DNA from: an uncultured Nitrososphaerota archaeon
GTDB taxonomy: Archaea; Thermoproteota; Nitrososphaeria; Nitrososphaerales; Gagatemarchaeaceae
Assembly: GCA_963718895.1 (NCBI GenBank)
Contig: CAVRAG010000007.1
Span: forward strand, 1 to 64,000
DNA: 64,000 nt
Reading direction: 5' to 3'
The notes beneath the pieces are model-generated. The model ran no database searches and had not been told where the DNA came from. It worked only from the letters and a program-made list of their open reading frames with translations. Of the stretch, positions 41,502-52,207 are shown piece after piece. The position numbers and the translations under genes are program-made. Position 1 is the stretch's first letter; each line of letters begins with the position of its first letter.

Positions 41502-42743
41502 ATGAACAGAGTGGAGCCCGGTTCAGCAGAGTGGTACGGAGTGCAGGTGGTTCGAAGCCGCCGGCGGGGACTGGCCTATGTTGCCGCAGTCGCCTTCACG
41601 GCGGTGGTTCTCGCGGCAACGCTCTATCAATCGCTGACGTCCGCCGTCGCCGGGCAATCGAGCGGCAGTGAATCGAGTCTACCGGGGCTGACCTCCCCTA
41701 GGTCGACCGGTACGCTCACCACGGCGCTCACCTCGGTCTCCACCCGGGCTTCGGGTTCGACCACGGCAGTCCCGTCCATCCTGGCAGTGAACCAGGAGAG
41801 GTCGGGTCTTGTCGCGTCAGACTCCCTGACCACAGGAGGGACGGGCCAGTGGATATTCTACGGCAGCGCGCCGGTTGAAGGCGGGATCGGAACGTACAGC
41901 GAGAACGGAAGCGGCCTCTATCTCGGGGTACTCGCCCGCACCGCCGGCACATACGCGGGGTTCTACGCGAGAATGTCCGTGAACGCGGATGTCTTCAATG
42001 CTGTCATCTCTCTTCCTGTGAACAGGACCGCAGGCGACGTCAGGTTCAACACGGGCCTCTACGTCCAGACGGGGGGCCCCGGCGTCACATATGTCACCTG
42101 TGACGCGGGAGTGAATTCGAGGGGCTACTCCTGGGTCGTCGACAGGGCCGTGGGGGACGCGAAGCAGGCGGAGACGATTACTCCTCTATGGTTCGAAGCG
42201 AATCAAGACCAGCCGCTCACCAGGGACTGCACCATAGTGACGAACGGACAGAACCTCCTCGAGGTCTATCTCGACCACAAGCTCGTCTACTCCAACTCCT
42301 CCATGGACCTGGGATACCAGTATCCCCTGAGCGCCCGGGTCGAGGTGCAGTCCAACGACAACTCGACGATGCGCTTCGGCCGATACTCGGACTTCTACGC
42401 GGCGACGTCCGACAACGTCACAGTGACCCACGCGCCGGTGGGAGCGGTCGTTGAGCTCGTCAGTCCGTCGGGCCGAGTCTACTTCAGCAAGACCGCGGGG
42501 GCGTCAGGGACAGTCCAGATCGGCCTGGCGGCGTTCGCGATGCCGCTGATCGCCTATGTGCGCGTGGTCTACCTTGGACGCACGCTCGCGACGAGCCGGC
42601 AGCCGGCGGAGGTATGGGGAGGCGATGCCTACACGTTCGGCCCGCTGGGTGTCGTGGCCCTCCACCGGTCAGGGCGCGGCCCCGAAGCCGATCCTAGGGC
42701 AGCCGCACGGGCTCCGCAGAGCTGGAGGAAGAGATCCCCTTAG
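41502..42743 (+). CDS. Membrane-anchored extracellular beta-rich (lectin/ConA-like?) protein
   Basis: N-terminal TM helix, Ser/Thr linker and aromatic-rich beta-strand pattern; the fold is an inference. Confidence 0.6.
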   Translation: MNRVEPGSAEWYGVQVVRSRRRGLAYVAAVAFTAVVLAATLYQSLTSAVAGQSSGSESSLPGLTSPRSTGTLTTALTSVSTRASGSTTAVPSILAVNQERSGLVASDSLTTGGTGQWIFYGSAPVEGGIGTYSENGSGLYLGVLARTAGTYAGFYARMSVNADVFNAVISLPVNRTAGDVRFNTGLYVQTGGPGVTYVTCDAGVNSRGYSWVVDRAVGDAKQAETITPLWFEANQDQPLTRDCTIVTNGQNLLEVYLDHKLVYSNSSMDLGYQYPLSARVEVQSNDNSTMRFGRYSDFYAATSDNVTVTHAPVGAVVELVSPSGRVYFSKTAGASGTVQIGLAAFAMPLIAYVRVVYLGRTLATSRQPAEVWGGDAYTFGPLGVVALHRSGRGPEADPRAAARAPQSWRKRSP

Positions 42744-44242
42744 CGGTCCCGTTGACGACGTACGCGTAAAGTGATCGTGTCGTCGATCGGCGACCAGGTT
42801 GATCGCCTGGTTGCTGGTCCCGTTCGCCCACGACGAGAACGTGTAGGTCTTGAAGCTCTGCATGACGATGGTGTAGTTGACCGTACGGGTCGCGACCCAG
42901 GTGAACGGGGTGTACCCCCCGGCGACCATCGTGCCGTTCGTCCACACGGTCGTCCAGATTCCGACGACCGGGATGTTGTTCGTCTCGTTCGTGAGCACCG
43001 TCACCACCGAGGCGTTCGAGCTCGACGTGCTCGAATACGCGACGAGGGTCGTGGCCTGCTTGGGCGAGAGGCTGACCGTCCGCGCCTTGCTCCCGCCGCT
43101 CCAGTGGTCGAAGACGTACCCCCCGTCGTCCCTCACGGTGACCGTGACCTTCGACCCTGAGATGACCTGGAACGTGGCCGGGGCATGGGCCGTGGTGCTC
43201 GTCCCGTCCGGCTGGACGACCGTCACCTGGAATCCCCGGTCCACGGAGGTCCCGTTCGGCGTCAGCGTCTCCACGGTCACGGGGACCAGGGACGAGAGCT
43301 CCGAGGCGAGCTGGTCGAAGTAAGGGGGGAGCGACCCGTAGGGAAAAGGCCTGACCCCGTTCGTGATGAAGAGCGACCCGACGTAGTCGGAGGCCGCTGC
43401 GACGTAGTAGGGATTCGATCGAGGTCTGGTCATAGACGAGAACGCGAAGTTGCTCTTGGTGTAGTTCGAGTGCCATCCCCCACGTATCGAGAGCGCGGGG
43501 AGGTGGGAGTTCTCGAAGTAGCCGATTGTCGTGACGGACCCCATGAAGTAGTAGGGGATGTCAGTACCCGAGTTCCCGAAGTCGGTGGTGTAGCCGAGGG
43601 ACTTGATGTAGGCCGTGAGCGCGGAGTAGTAGGCGGGGATGTACGCACTGGTCGAGCTGTACTCCAGGTTGTACATCTGGTCGAGGTAGATCCCGCTGAC
43701 GCTGTACCACCTGTGCCATGCCAGTATATCGCCCTCGACGGAGGGGACTGGTCTGTCCCCCCACCCCGTGGGGACGTACCCTAGGACCACGACCCCCGCC
43801 GACCGCATCTCGACCAGGCCGGCGCCGTAGGTCGAGTTAGCCACGGGTCTGGGTCCGCCGGACGGGTTGGCCACCACGGTGATCGCGAGGCGGGGTGCGC
43901 GGCCTTCTCCGCGATAATCTGACCCATCTCTGTTAGCGAGTAGTTCGTGAACATAGGGATGATCACCCCCGTCCCGAGCTGCGGGGTGCTGGACGAGCCG
44001 TTGCTCGTCTGGGTGGAGTGGCTCTGGGACCCCGAGGATTGCGTCGAGACGGTCTGGGTCGGCGGCGACCCTCCCTGGCTGGAATGGGAAGAGACCGTGA
44101 CGCCAGTGTCCGAGACGGTCGAGCTCGGCTGCGGGGACGGACCGAAGGCCGAGGTGCTGGAGAGGACGAGGACCGCGATCACCGCCACGGCCAGGGAAGC
44201 CTGGACTGCCCTGTTCCTGAGAGGCCCGGGGACGGTCTTCAT
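42740..44242 (-). CDS. Membrane-anchored Spherulin-4 (GH135) protein with Ig-like repeats (frameshifted)
   Basis: VIIPMF, VANPSGGP, VLGYVPT, GIYLDQM, GYFEN and PYGSLPPYF; FDHW/GYTP repeats. Confidence 0.85.
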
Positions 44243-44284
44243 ACGGCCTTGCCACCCATTGCAGCTGCGGGTGCCGACCGCCAC

Positions 44285-45941
44285 CTACTTGCTCGTATCC
44301 AGACCATAGACCGTCTCACCTGCCGCACAGACTATCAGCCCGTCGGCCACAGAGGGCGTAGCGAAGTGGTCGGGCGAGCCCAGGGCCACCTTCGTGACCA
44401 GTTTCCCTGTCTGCGGGTTCAGCGCGTAGAGGGTACCGTTGGAGATGTCGAAGGTCCAGACGGCCCCCCCTGCGACGATGGGGGGCCCGGCGAAGCCCCC
44501 GCTGAAGTTCCAGAGTGAGGTGAAGGTCGGGTCTGCGCCGGCCTTGATCGAAAGCGCGCGCAGGCCGTTGGCGCAGGGCACGTAGACGACGCCCGAAGCG
44601 TACGCGGTCGAACCCCAGGCGCCCGAGGGACAGACCTGCGAGGAGAAGAGCTCACCCCCGACTCCGCCCAGATTCGAGGAGTTGAGCAGGTAGCCCACGC
44701 CCTCCTTCCCGATAGAGAAGAACTAGGTTGCCCGGAAGCAGAGTCGCCCCCGTAGTGCCGAGGTCCATGTCGTTCGCGTTGAGGTAGGTGTAGTTCGCGT
44801 CGCCGAAGTACCCGACGACCTTGAGGTCAGGCGTGAACTTGATCACGGCGTCGGAATAGTCGAACGGAGGAGACGTCTGCTGGCTGTCTGACGTCACGAC
44901 GTAGAGGAACCCCGAGCCATCGACGGAGATCCCCTCCGGAGCCCAGATGTCTGCCTCGACCGTCGCTGGGACTTCGTAGCTGTGCTGAGTGCCGTTGCCG
45001 TTCGCGGAGACGCCGACTATCCAGCCGTGTGGCGGGACACAGGCCCAGGAGAACCCGCCGAAGGGGACGTAGACGAAGCCGTCCGTGAGCGTCAACGCAG
45101 CCCTCTGTTCCTCCCCTGTGGACACGAACCCCGAGGGCGAGATGGGCATGGACCAGCGGATGGCCCCCGTGTTGGTGTCCACCGCGTACAGCTCGTAGCT
45201 GGGCCCGGCGACCATCGCCACGACGTAGAGCGTCCCAGTGGAGGAGTCGATCACCGGCGTTCCCGTAATCCCGATGGTGGGGACGATGTCAGGGCCGTGG
45301 CCGCCGCACTCGAGAGGGGGGACGGTGGCGCTGACCGCTGACCCTAGGTGCCTGGTCCACTGGAGAGCCCCGGTTGCCGCAGAGAACGAGTACTCGGTGT
45401 CGTTCTCGGTCACGACGAAGACAGAGCCGTCGAACGAGAGAGGCTCCGCGTAGACCTGACCGTCGACTTGTGCCTTCCATGCGACTGAGAGCGAGGTCAG
45501 CGTCGGGACCGAGGTGTCGTACCCGTCCCTGGCATTGCTACCATGATAGGTGAGCCAGTATCCGGCCGCGGAGGTCGAGGTGGACGACGTGCTCGTGGTG
45601 CTGGTCGTCGTCGAGGTCGTGCTCGTCGTACTTGTCTCACTCGTCGTGCTAGTTGCGCTAGTAGTGCTAATAGTGCTCGTTACGCTAGTCGTGCTGGTTG
45701 TCCTAGTGGTCGATGTCGTGGATGTCGTGGAGGACTGGATGATCGTCGAGGTTACGTTAGATTCCTGGCTCGATGTCCCGATGGACGAGGTGCTAGAGGT
45801 CGTCGGTGCCGAACCTTGCACGTTGCTCGAGAACTCCGATGATGCGATGACCACGACCGAGAGCACGACCAGAATCGAGACCCCGAGCGCGACGATGTAA
45901 CCCCTCTTCCGTCTGCGCAGGGCTCTATCCCTATCCTCCAT
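44285..45941 (-). CDS. Membrane-anchored PQQ-like beta-propeller protein with Ser/Thr stalk (one frameshift)
   Basis: TM helix, S/T tract, WLTYHGSNARDG, VYAEPL, GITGTPVID, DMDLG and HFATP; paralog of 37390..40360. Confidence 0.85.
45570..45810 (-). repeat. Low-complexity Ser/Thr-coding tract
   Basis: Imperfect 9-nt units encoding TST/TTS. Confidence 0.8.
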
Positions 45942-46122
45942 CGCAGGCGTACCCTGTCTGAGCCTACCTGCGTTGTGTAAGCTTCCTCGGGTAGAATCAT
46001 CCATAATCGGGCGACGGGAAGGCCGGTAGCCTCTGCCGCCATCGTGATGTTCTAGCTAGAAATATTCTGGTCGAATCGGGTCAAGCCATAAATATCACAG
46101 GTGGTCCTTTTTCCCGTGTACC

Positions 46123-46648
46123 ATGGCTCGGGACCTTCGGGATGTCGTCAACAAGATCATGGTCGCGATGAGCGACAGCGAGCCGACCTCTGAGGAGATC
46201 GCGGGGCTCGCTTCTGACCTCGCAACGTTCTTCGACGCGTCCATCGTCCTCGTCTATCTCGGTTCCATGCCGATGACGATCCCTTCGAGCGAGGGTCCCA
46301 TCGGCCACACGGAGATCGCCGCGGCCGTGGAAGCGGTCGACGAGAAGGGAAGGAAGACGCTTGACAGGATGGCGGAGGATCCTGACAGCTCACGGCGTCC
46401 CCGTCAAGTCGCGCGTCGTGCTGGGGGAAAGGGGGCACGCCATAAAGGAGATAATCGAGCAGGAGAAGTGCGACCTGGTGGTCCTTCCCCATTGGCAGTC
46501 GGGCGCGGCCCAGAGGTTCCTCCGGGTCTTCTCTCCCAGCGTCCTCGAGGACGCGACCTGTCCCGTGTTGGTGCTAAAGGGCAGCAGGTGGCTTACCGAA
46601 TCAAGGGCGCCGAGGGAGGGGCCGGCAAGCCCGGCGCAGGGAAGTTGA
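46123..46648 (+). CDS. Universal stress protein (UspA family; one frameshift)
   Basis: KIMVAMSDSE, CDLVVL and SVLEDATCPVLVLK. Confidence 0.85.
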
Positions 46649-46655
46649 CCATCCG

Positions 46656-47080
46656 CTAGGCCCTGCCGCGCTGTTCGTCGACCACGCGGCCAGCGGGGGC
46701 GGGCTTCCTCCCCTCCTGGACCAGCGTGAGGAGCGGGATGGCGAGCGGGACCAAGATGAGGGCCTGCTGGACGCCGTACTTCCTCCGATAGACGTTCCCG
46801 TGGGCCAGTTCGAACGCGACCTCTTCCTTCGCGCTCCCCCTCATGGCTATGGAGACAGAGTAGGCGAGAAGCGGAATATAGTTGAGGCCAAGCAGAATGA
46901 GGTAGGCCCCTATGGAAGTGGTCTCGGCGGTGCGCTGATGGACGAAGAGGAGGAACGCGAGGCCGAGGACGCCCAGAAAGAAGACCCCGAACCCGAACTC
47001 CAGCAGGTCCTGCGCCGCCCGCGGTAGACGATGTCGATCGCGGCCAGCTTCCTGATGTTGATGAACCGCTCGGTCTCCAC
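46656..47080 (-). CDS. Membrane protein (one frameshift)
   Basis: INIRKLAAIDI...EFGFGV...GLNYIPL...RKYGVQQ. Confidence 0.65.
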
Positions 47081-47134
47081 GGTGGCGACGCCGCGGCTGG
47101 AGATTTAACGATGGCGGACGGTCCTCGCCCCGCG

Positions 47135-47518
47135 TCACATCTTCCCTGAGATCTCCCGGACCGCCCCGGCGAGCTTCTTGTCACCGGCGAGGTCGGAGTA
47201 GTAGGCGAGAATCTCCAGCTGCTTCTTCATCTCCTTCTGGGAGGCGCCCTTGAGCTTCGCGAGCTCAGTTCGGCCTTTGTTCGAGATGACATAGCGCCTT
47301 GTGGTTCCGGCCGCAGGTGGCAGCTCGACGATGAGGTCTCCCTTCCTCAGCTCCGCGACCATGAAGTAGATGGATCCCGGTCCGGGCTTCCACGCGCCCT
47401 CGCTGGAGCGCCTGATCTGCTCCTGAAGCTCCGACCCCGAGAGCGAGGACTCCGAGAGCAGCTGGAGGGCTATCAGCTTGAGGAGCCCCCTCGGCGCGCT
47501 GGCCATGGGAAGCCTCAC
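47135..47518 (-). CDS. PadR-family transcriptional regulator
   Basis: RGLLK...WKPGPGSIY...RRYVISNKG. Confidence 0.9.
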   Translation of the reverse strand: MRLPMASAPRGLLKLIALQLLSESSLSGSELQEQIRRSSEGAWKPGPGSIYFMVAELRKGDLIVELPPAAGTTRRYVISNKGRTELAKLKGASQKEMKKQLEILAYYSDLAGDKKLAGAVREISGKM

Positions 47519-47620
47519 CCCTTCGTCGGGTTATATGCGAGCCGGTGCGTCGGGGCCAGCATCAAGCAATCACGGGAGCCCTGCTCTTTTATTACGGACG
47601 AATCCCCGCAGTGGGCGAGC

Positions 47621-48582
47621 TTGGTCAACCACTGCATCTCCCACGTCAAGGACGCGGACGGGCTCTGTTCCGCGGCGCTCACGCTGGCCGCGAAGGGAGG
47701 GACGTTCAGCCTGACCGACTACGACCAGCTCATAGCAGAGCTCGACACGATTCCCAAAGAGGCCACAGAGCTCGTGCTCTGCGACCTCGGCACCGACCCG
47801 TCGCGCTTCCCTGATTTCAGGAACAGGATAGGCGAGCTGACCAAGGAGCTACAGGTCACGTACATCGACCACCACTACCTCTCGCCCGAGATGAAGGCGG
47901 AGCTCGCAGACGCTCGGCATCCACATCGTCCACGACGTCGACGAGTGCTCGAGCATGCTCACCTACTCCACGTTCAAGCCGCTGCTCGCCACTCCGTCGA
48001 AGTATCTCGCGCTCTTCGGCGCGGTAACCGACTACCTCGACTCTTCGCCGCTCGCCGGCAAGATGATGGAGAGGTTCGACCGCCAGTTCGTGCTCCTCGA
48101 GGCGACGCTCCTCTCCTACGCGATATCAAACAAGGGGCAGGGACACGGAATACCTGGAGAGGGCTGGTCAGGGCCCTCTCGAGGATGGAGATCCCGCACA
48201 CCATCAGGGGCGTCAGCGAGGCCGCCCTGAGGCAGGCAGAGACCGTGAGGAAGCTCTCCGGCGAGGTCGGCACGAAGGGCACGGCGCTGGGGAGGCTGGC
48301 CTACATGGAGACCGAGCAGAGCAGCACCGGGAACGTCGCGAAGCTGCTTCTCGGCGCGTTCAACGTCCAGGTCGGCGTCTCCTACAGGGCAAAGGCCGAC
48401 GGAGGGTCGAGATGAGCCTGAGGTGCACCTCCGAGTGCAAGGTCCACCTCGGTCAGACCATAGGCGAGATTGCTGGAAGGCACGGCGGGAACGGCGGTGG
48501 CCACGCAGAGGCCGCGGGCTGCACCGTGAAGAGCGCCGAGGTCCTGCCGGTGCTCCGCGAGCTCGAGGCGCAGCTCGCCTAG
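47621..48582 (+). CDS. DHH/DHHA1-family phosphoesterase (frameshifted)
   Basis: SHVKDADGLCS, LCDLG, YIDHH, SLR and GGGHAEAAG. Confidence 0.88.
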
Positions 48583-49262
48583 GCCACGCAGAAGATCGTG
48601 ATCGACCCGCCGAGCTGCCTCTGCCTGAGGTCGACGCTAGAGAAGCGCGTGCCAAGGAGCGCGGAGAGGAAGCCGTTCTTCATCGTGAGCAGGTAGGTGT
48701 CGTAGAGCGAAGCAAAACCAAAACCCAGCCTGCCGCCGGTGATCGCCCCTATCACAGGGACTCCGACCCTGATATACGCCCCGAGCAGGACCGCCTTCGG
48801 GAAGGAGTCGGGTTTTCCCAGGTCGCACAGAGCGAACCGCCCGCCCTCTGCCGTCACCCTCCTCACCTCGCCCACCGCGACGAGGAGGTCCTGCGAATCC
48901 CTCAGCGAGAAGCCGGCGACCACAGCGCCGAACGCTCCGTCGCGGAAGGGCAGCGCCTCGAAGGTCGCTTGCACCATGAGTTCACCACCAGCGACCAGCA
49001 GCATCCTCCTCGAGGCGTCGACCAGAACTGGCGTGCCCCCTTTCCCCGACACGACCCTCGCCAATGTCCCAGGGCCGGACCCGAGGTCGAGGACGAGGCT
49101 CGCCCCGGCTACCGCGAATCCGCCACCTCTTCCCGCATCCTCGCATCCGAGAAGAGCGCGATCCGACTTGAGCCGGTCTCGTAGATGGGGATGATCGCTT
49201 CCAGCGAATCCACGACGTGTCCCCACTTGGACTGCAGCCCGGGCCTTCGCGGACGCGACCAT
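48579..49262 (-). CDS. UbiE/MenG-family methyltransferase (frameshifted)
   Basis: VLDLGSGPG, FEALPFRDGAF, GFSLRD and DLGKP. Confidence 0.82.
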   Translation of the reverse strand: MVASAKARAAVQVGTRRGFAGSDHPHLRDRLKSDRALLGCEDAGRGGGFAVAGASLVLDLGSGPGTLARVVSGKGGTPVLVDASRRMLLVAGGELMVQATFEALPFRDGAFGAVVAGFSLRDSQDLLVAVGEVRRVTAEGGRFALCDLGKPDSFPKAVLLGAYIRVGVPVIGAITGGRLGFGFASLYDTYLLTMKNGFLSALLGTRFSSVDLRQRQLGGSITIFCVA

Positions 49263-49848
49263 CGCCCGCGACGCTTCGACTGCACTTGTAAGCGTTGGGC
49301 TGACGGGTTTGAGGTTAAGCGAAGGTTCCGATTGCAGGCGAGCGCGGGGGAACCGAGATCGGCGGTGACGTTCGTTGTCGGCGCGGCCCTCCTCGTCATG
49401 GTGGGGCTGCCCTCAATCTTTCTCTTGGTCTTCGCGGTGCGGAAGGTCCAAAAAAAGAGCCGGCGAAGAGCTGACCGAGCGATACGTTCGGCCGATCGAG
49501 GTCCTGAGCCTGACCGAGGTGCCCTGTTGGCGACTAGTGCCATGACCCGTTCCGACGTGACGCCCGGCGTGGTCCCAATCCCCTCGACACAAGCGACCCC
49601 CGCGGCCTGAAAGTAGAGAAGAATCTCTGAGATGCCCGCGTCGTCACTCTCGCGGAGAGGCCGTCCCGCGTCCCGCAGCCGACCGAGGCTGGGCGCCGCG
49701 AGTTTTCGCTTTAAACGTTTGGAGGATGGCGCTGGTAGTGCCTCATCATCGGGTGTTTCTGAGGGCGCCTCACTTCCGGTAAGTCGATGGAACTGTTGCA
49801 AAGCGAATTGGCGAAAGGAATTAGGCGTAGTTCCTAAGTCTGGATAGT

Positions 49849-50094
49849 GTGAACAAGACCGAAAAACTTGCGCTCATTGTAGCACTGGCTTTGGTCGCAA
49901 TTTTCGTTCCCGTCATACCCGTGAAAGTGGTCACAAATGTACCCCTTTGGTGCGAGCTGGTAACCGATGTGTGTGCTACTCAGGGCAACGGCAATAATCA
50001 AACTTACAACGGATTCCTTTCATTGACAGCATATCTCATCAGATTCGGCGGAGCATTCTTCTTTGGTCAAGGGTATCATTTCCTGCCATTTTAG
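49849..50094 (+). CDS. Small membrane protein, low GC
   Basis: 81-aa ORF with a TM helix and two Cys, in an AT-richer patch. Confidence 0.5.
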   Translation: MNKTEKLALIVALALVAIFVPVIPVKVVTNVPLWCELVTDVCATQGNGNNQTYNGFLSLTAYLIRFGGAFFFGQGYHFLPF

Positions 50095-50264
50095 CGTCAT
50101 AGTCCGATGCGGGGCAGTTCTTCAATGATCCACTGATGGGACAATACCCAATCAATGGGAAACTTGAGAGACTGCTCAAAGAGAAGGCGAATTCGGATGC
50201 AAATCACCCGCAATGAAGCGCGGCCAGAAATCTCCCGAAGATGAAGCACCATCATGGCGCCGAC

Positions 50265-51191
50265 CTAGGCCAGCGTCAGAGTCTTCTCGTCTATCTTGAG
50301 CCCGAGCGCCAGCGAGTTCTCTTCGACCTGCTCTGGCGTGGAGGCCCCGACGATGGCGCTCGTCACGACAGAGTCCCGGACTAGCCACGCCAGGGCCAAC
50401 TGACGCAGGGAAACCCCCGCCCTTGCTGCGACGGCCGCGAGCCCCTCGACCCGCTCGAGCTCTCCCCCAGCCTTGACGGCCTCCCAGTAGTCCTGGACCG
50501 CGGCCCCGCGGCTCCCGGGGGGCGGGGCCGTCTGCCCTTGGCTGTACTTGCCGGTGAGGAGCCCGCCGGCGAGCGGGCTGTAGGCGAGCACCGCGATGTT
50601 CTCCTGGCGGCAGTAGGGGAGGAGTGCGGCCTCGGCTTCCCGCCTGAGCATGTTGTACTCGGGCTGGACTGCGACCGGCTTCTCGAGCCCGAGCGATTCG
50701 CAGATCCCGTCGACCTCCCTGAGCTGGTCAGCCGAGAAGTTAGAGCAGGCAACGTACCTCACCTTCTCCTCCTTCACGAGGTTGTCCATGGTTGTCAGCG
50801 TCTCCTCCAGGCTGGTCTCGGGGTCGAACCTGTGGAGGTAGAGGATGTCGACGTAGTCCGTCTGGAGCCGACGCAGGCTGTCGTTGAGCTGCCAGATGAT
50901 GTGCTTGCGCGACAAGCCCGTCGAGTTGGGCTTCGCTTCGTCGAGCGTGAGCCCGACCTTCGTGGCCACGATCAGGTCCTCCCTGTTCCCGCGGATTGCC
51001 CTGCCGATGAGCTCCTCCGAGCGCCCTCCGGTGTAGATGTTCGCCGTGTCGATGATGTTGACGCCGAGGTCGACCGCTTTGCCGATGATGCGCATTGTCG
51101 TCTCCTCGTCGACCTGAGCGCCGAAGTTGTTCGTGCCGAGGCAGAGCCTCGAGACCTTTACGCCTGCCCGGCCGAGACGCCTGTATTCCAT
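50265..51191 (-). CDS. Aldo/keto reductase
   Basis: LCLGT, IDTANIY, ATK, SLRRLQTDYVD, HRFD and YSPLAGGLLTGKY. Confidence 0.95.
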   Translation of the reverse strand: MEYRRLGRAGVKVSRLCLGTNNFGAQVDEETTMRIIGKAVDLGVNIIDTANIYTGGRSEELIGRAIRGNREDLIVATKVGLTLDEAKPNSTGLSRKHIIWQLNDSLRRLQTDYVDILYLHRFDPETSLEETLTTMDNLVKEEKVRYVACSNFSADQLREVDGICESLGLEKPVAVQPEYNMLRREAEAALLPYCRQENIAVLAYSPLAGGLLTGKYSQGQTAPPPGSRGAAVQDYWEAVKAGGELERVEGLAAVAARAGVSLRQLALAWLVRDSVVTSAIVGASTPEQVEENSLALGLKIDEKTLTLA

Positions 51192-51238
51192 TAGCCTCCG
51201 TTCTGAGAGGTCTTAGTAAAGTTCTAGCCCGAGCAGCC

Positions 51239-52201
51239 TCAGAGAAGAAAGGACTTGTCGGTCTGGGTCGCCCCGGAGAAAGCCTCCCGGAGCGCTCTGG
51301 CGGCATCGCTCCTCCCCTTCGCGCCGAAAGGCAGCGTGAAGAAGCCGTGTATGGTGCCGTCGTAGCGTAGGACCTGGACCGGGACGCCGGCGTCCTTCAG
51401 CCGCGCCCCGTAGGCCTCGCCCTCGTCCCTGAGGGGGTCGTACTCGGCGGTGAGGACGATCGCGGGGGGAAGCCCGGTCAGGACCTTCGCCCTTAGGGGA
51501 GACGCGTATCCGTTCTCTCCTTCGCTCGGCGAGATCAGGTAGTGGTTCCAGAACCACATCATCTCCTCGGTCGCCAGCCCGTATCCCTCCCCGCAGGTCA
51601 GGTAGGACTTTGTGTCGAAGGAGTGGTCCGCGACCGGGTACACCAGGACCTGGAAGGCTATCGAGGGGCCCCTGCGGTCCCGTGCCATGAGGCAGACCAC
51701 CGCGGCGAGGTTGCCGCCAGCGCTGTCGCCAGCGACCGCTATCCGCGTGGGGTCGACGTCGAGCTGGGCGGAGTTCTCCGCGACCCAGAGGAGCGAGGCG
51801 TAGGCGTCCTCGATAGCTGCCGGGAACTTGCTCTCGGGCGCGAGTCTGTACCCAACCGAGACGACGACGCACCCCGCCGCGCTAGCGAGGGTCGCGCACG
51901 TGCGGGCGATGTCGGGCTCGTCGTGGCTGCCGAGGACCCACCCGCCTCCGTGAAAGTAAATCAAGACTGGAAGGCTCGCCCACTCCCTCGCCGCGGGCGT
52001 GAAGACGCGGACCGGGATCAGCCCTGCGGGTCCCGGGAAGGTGAGGTCCCTCGTCTGCACCCCCGCCGGCGGCTCCCACGGGAACATGTTCTCGTAGACC
52101 TTCGAGACGTCCCGGGCGCCCTGCGGCGTGAGGCCGGCGAGGGGAGGGGTGTTCACCTCGGCGACCCGCCGGAGGAACTCCTTCGAGCTCTGGTCGAGCA
52201 T
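51239..52201 (-). CDS. Alpha/beta hydrolase, HSL-family (family IV) esterase
   Basis: HGGGW, YRLAPE, GDSAGG, DPLRDEG and HGF. Confidence 0.95.
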   Translation of the reverse strand: MLDQSSKEFLRRVAEVNTPPLAGLTPQGARDVSKVYENMFPWEPPAGVQTRDLTFPGPAGLIPVRVFTPAAREWASLPVLIYFHGGGWVLGSHDEPDIARTCATLASAAGCVVVSVGYRLAPESKFPAAIEDAYASLLWVAENSAQLDVDPTRIAVAGDSAGGNLAAVVCLMARDRRGPSIAFQVLVYPVADHSFDTKSYLTCGEGYGLATEEMMWFWNHYLISPSEGENGYASPLRAKVLTGLPPAIVLTAEYDPLRDEGEAYGARLKDAGVPVQVLRYDGTIHGFFTLPFGAKGRSDAARALREAFSGATQTDKSFLL

Positions 52202-52207
52202 CGATGA

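Noticed and set aside
45570-45810. Repetitive tract as a CRISPR array or VNTR
   Set aside because: It has no constant repeat with unique spacers and encodes an in-frame Ser/Thr linker.
49109-49847. Overlapping ORFs upstream of the UbiE-like gene
   Set aside because: Only a short hydrophobic stretch supports coding and the frames conflict, so the evidence is insufficient.
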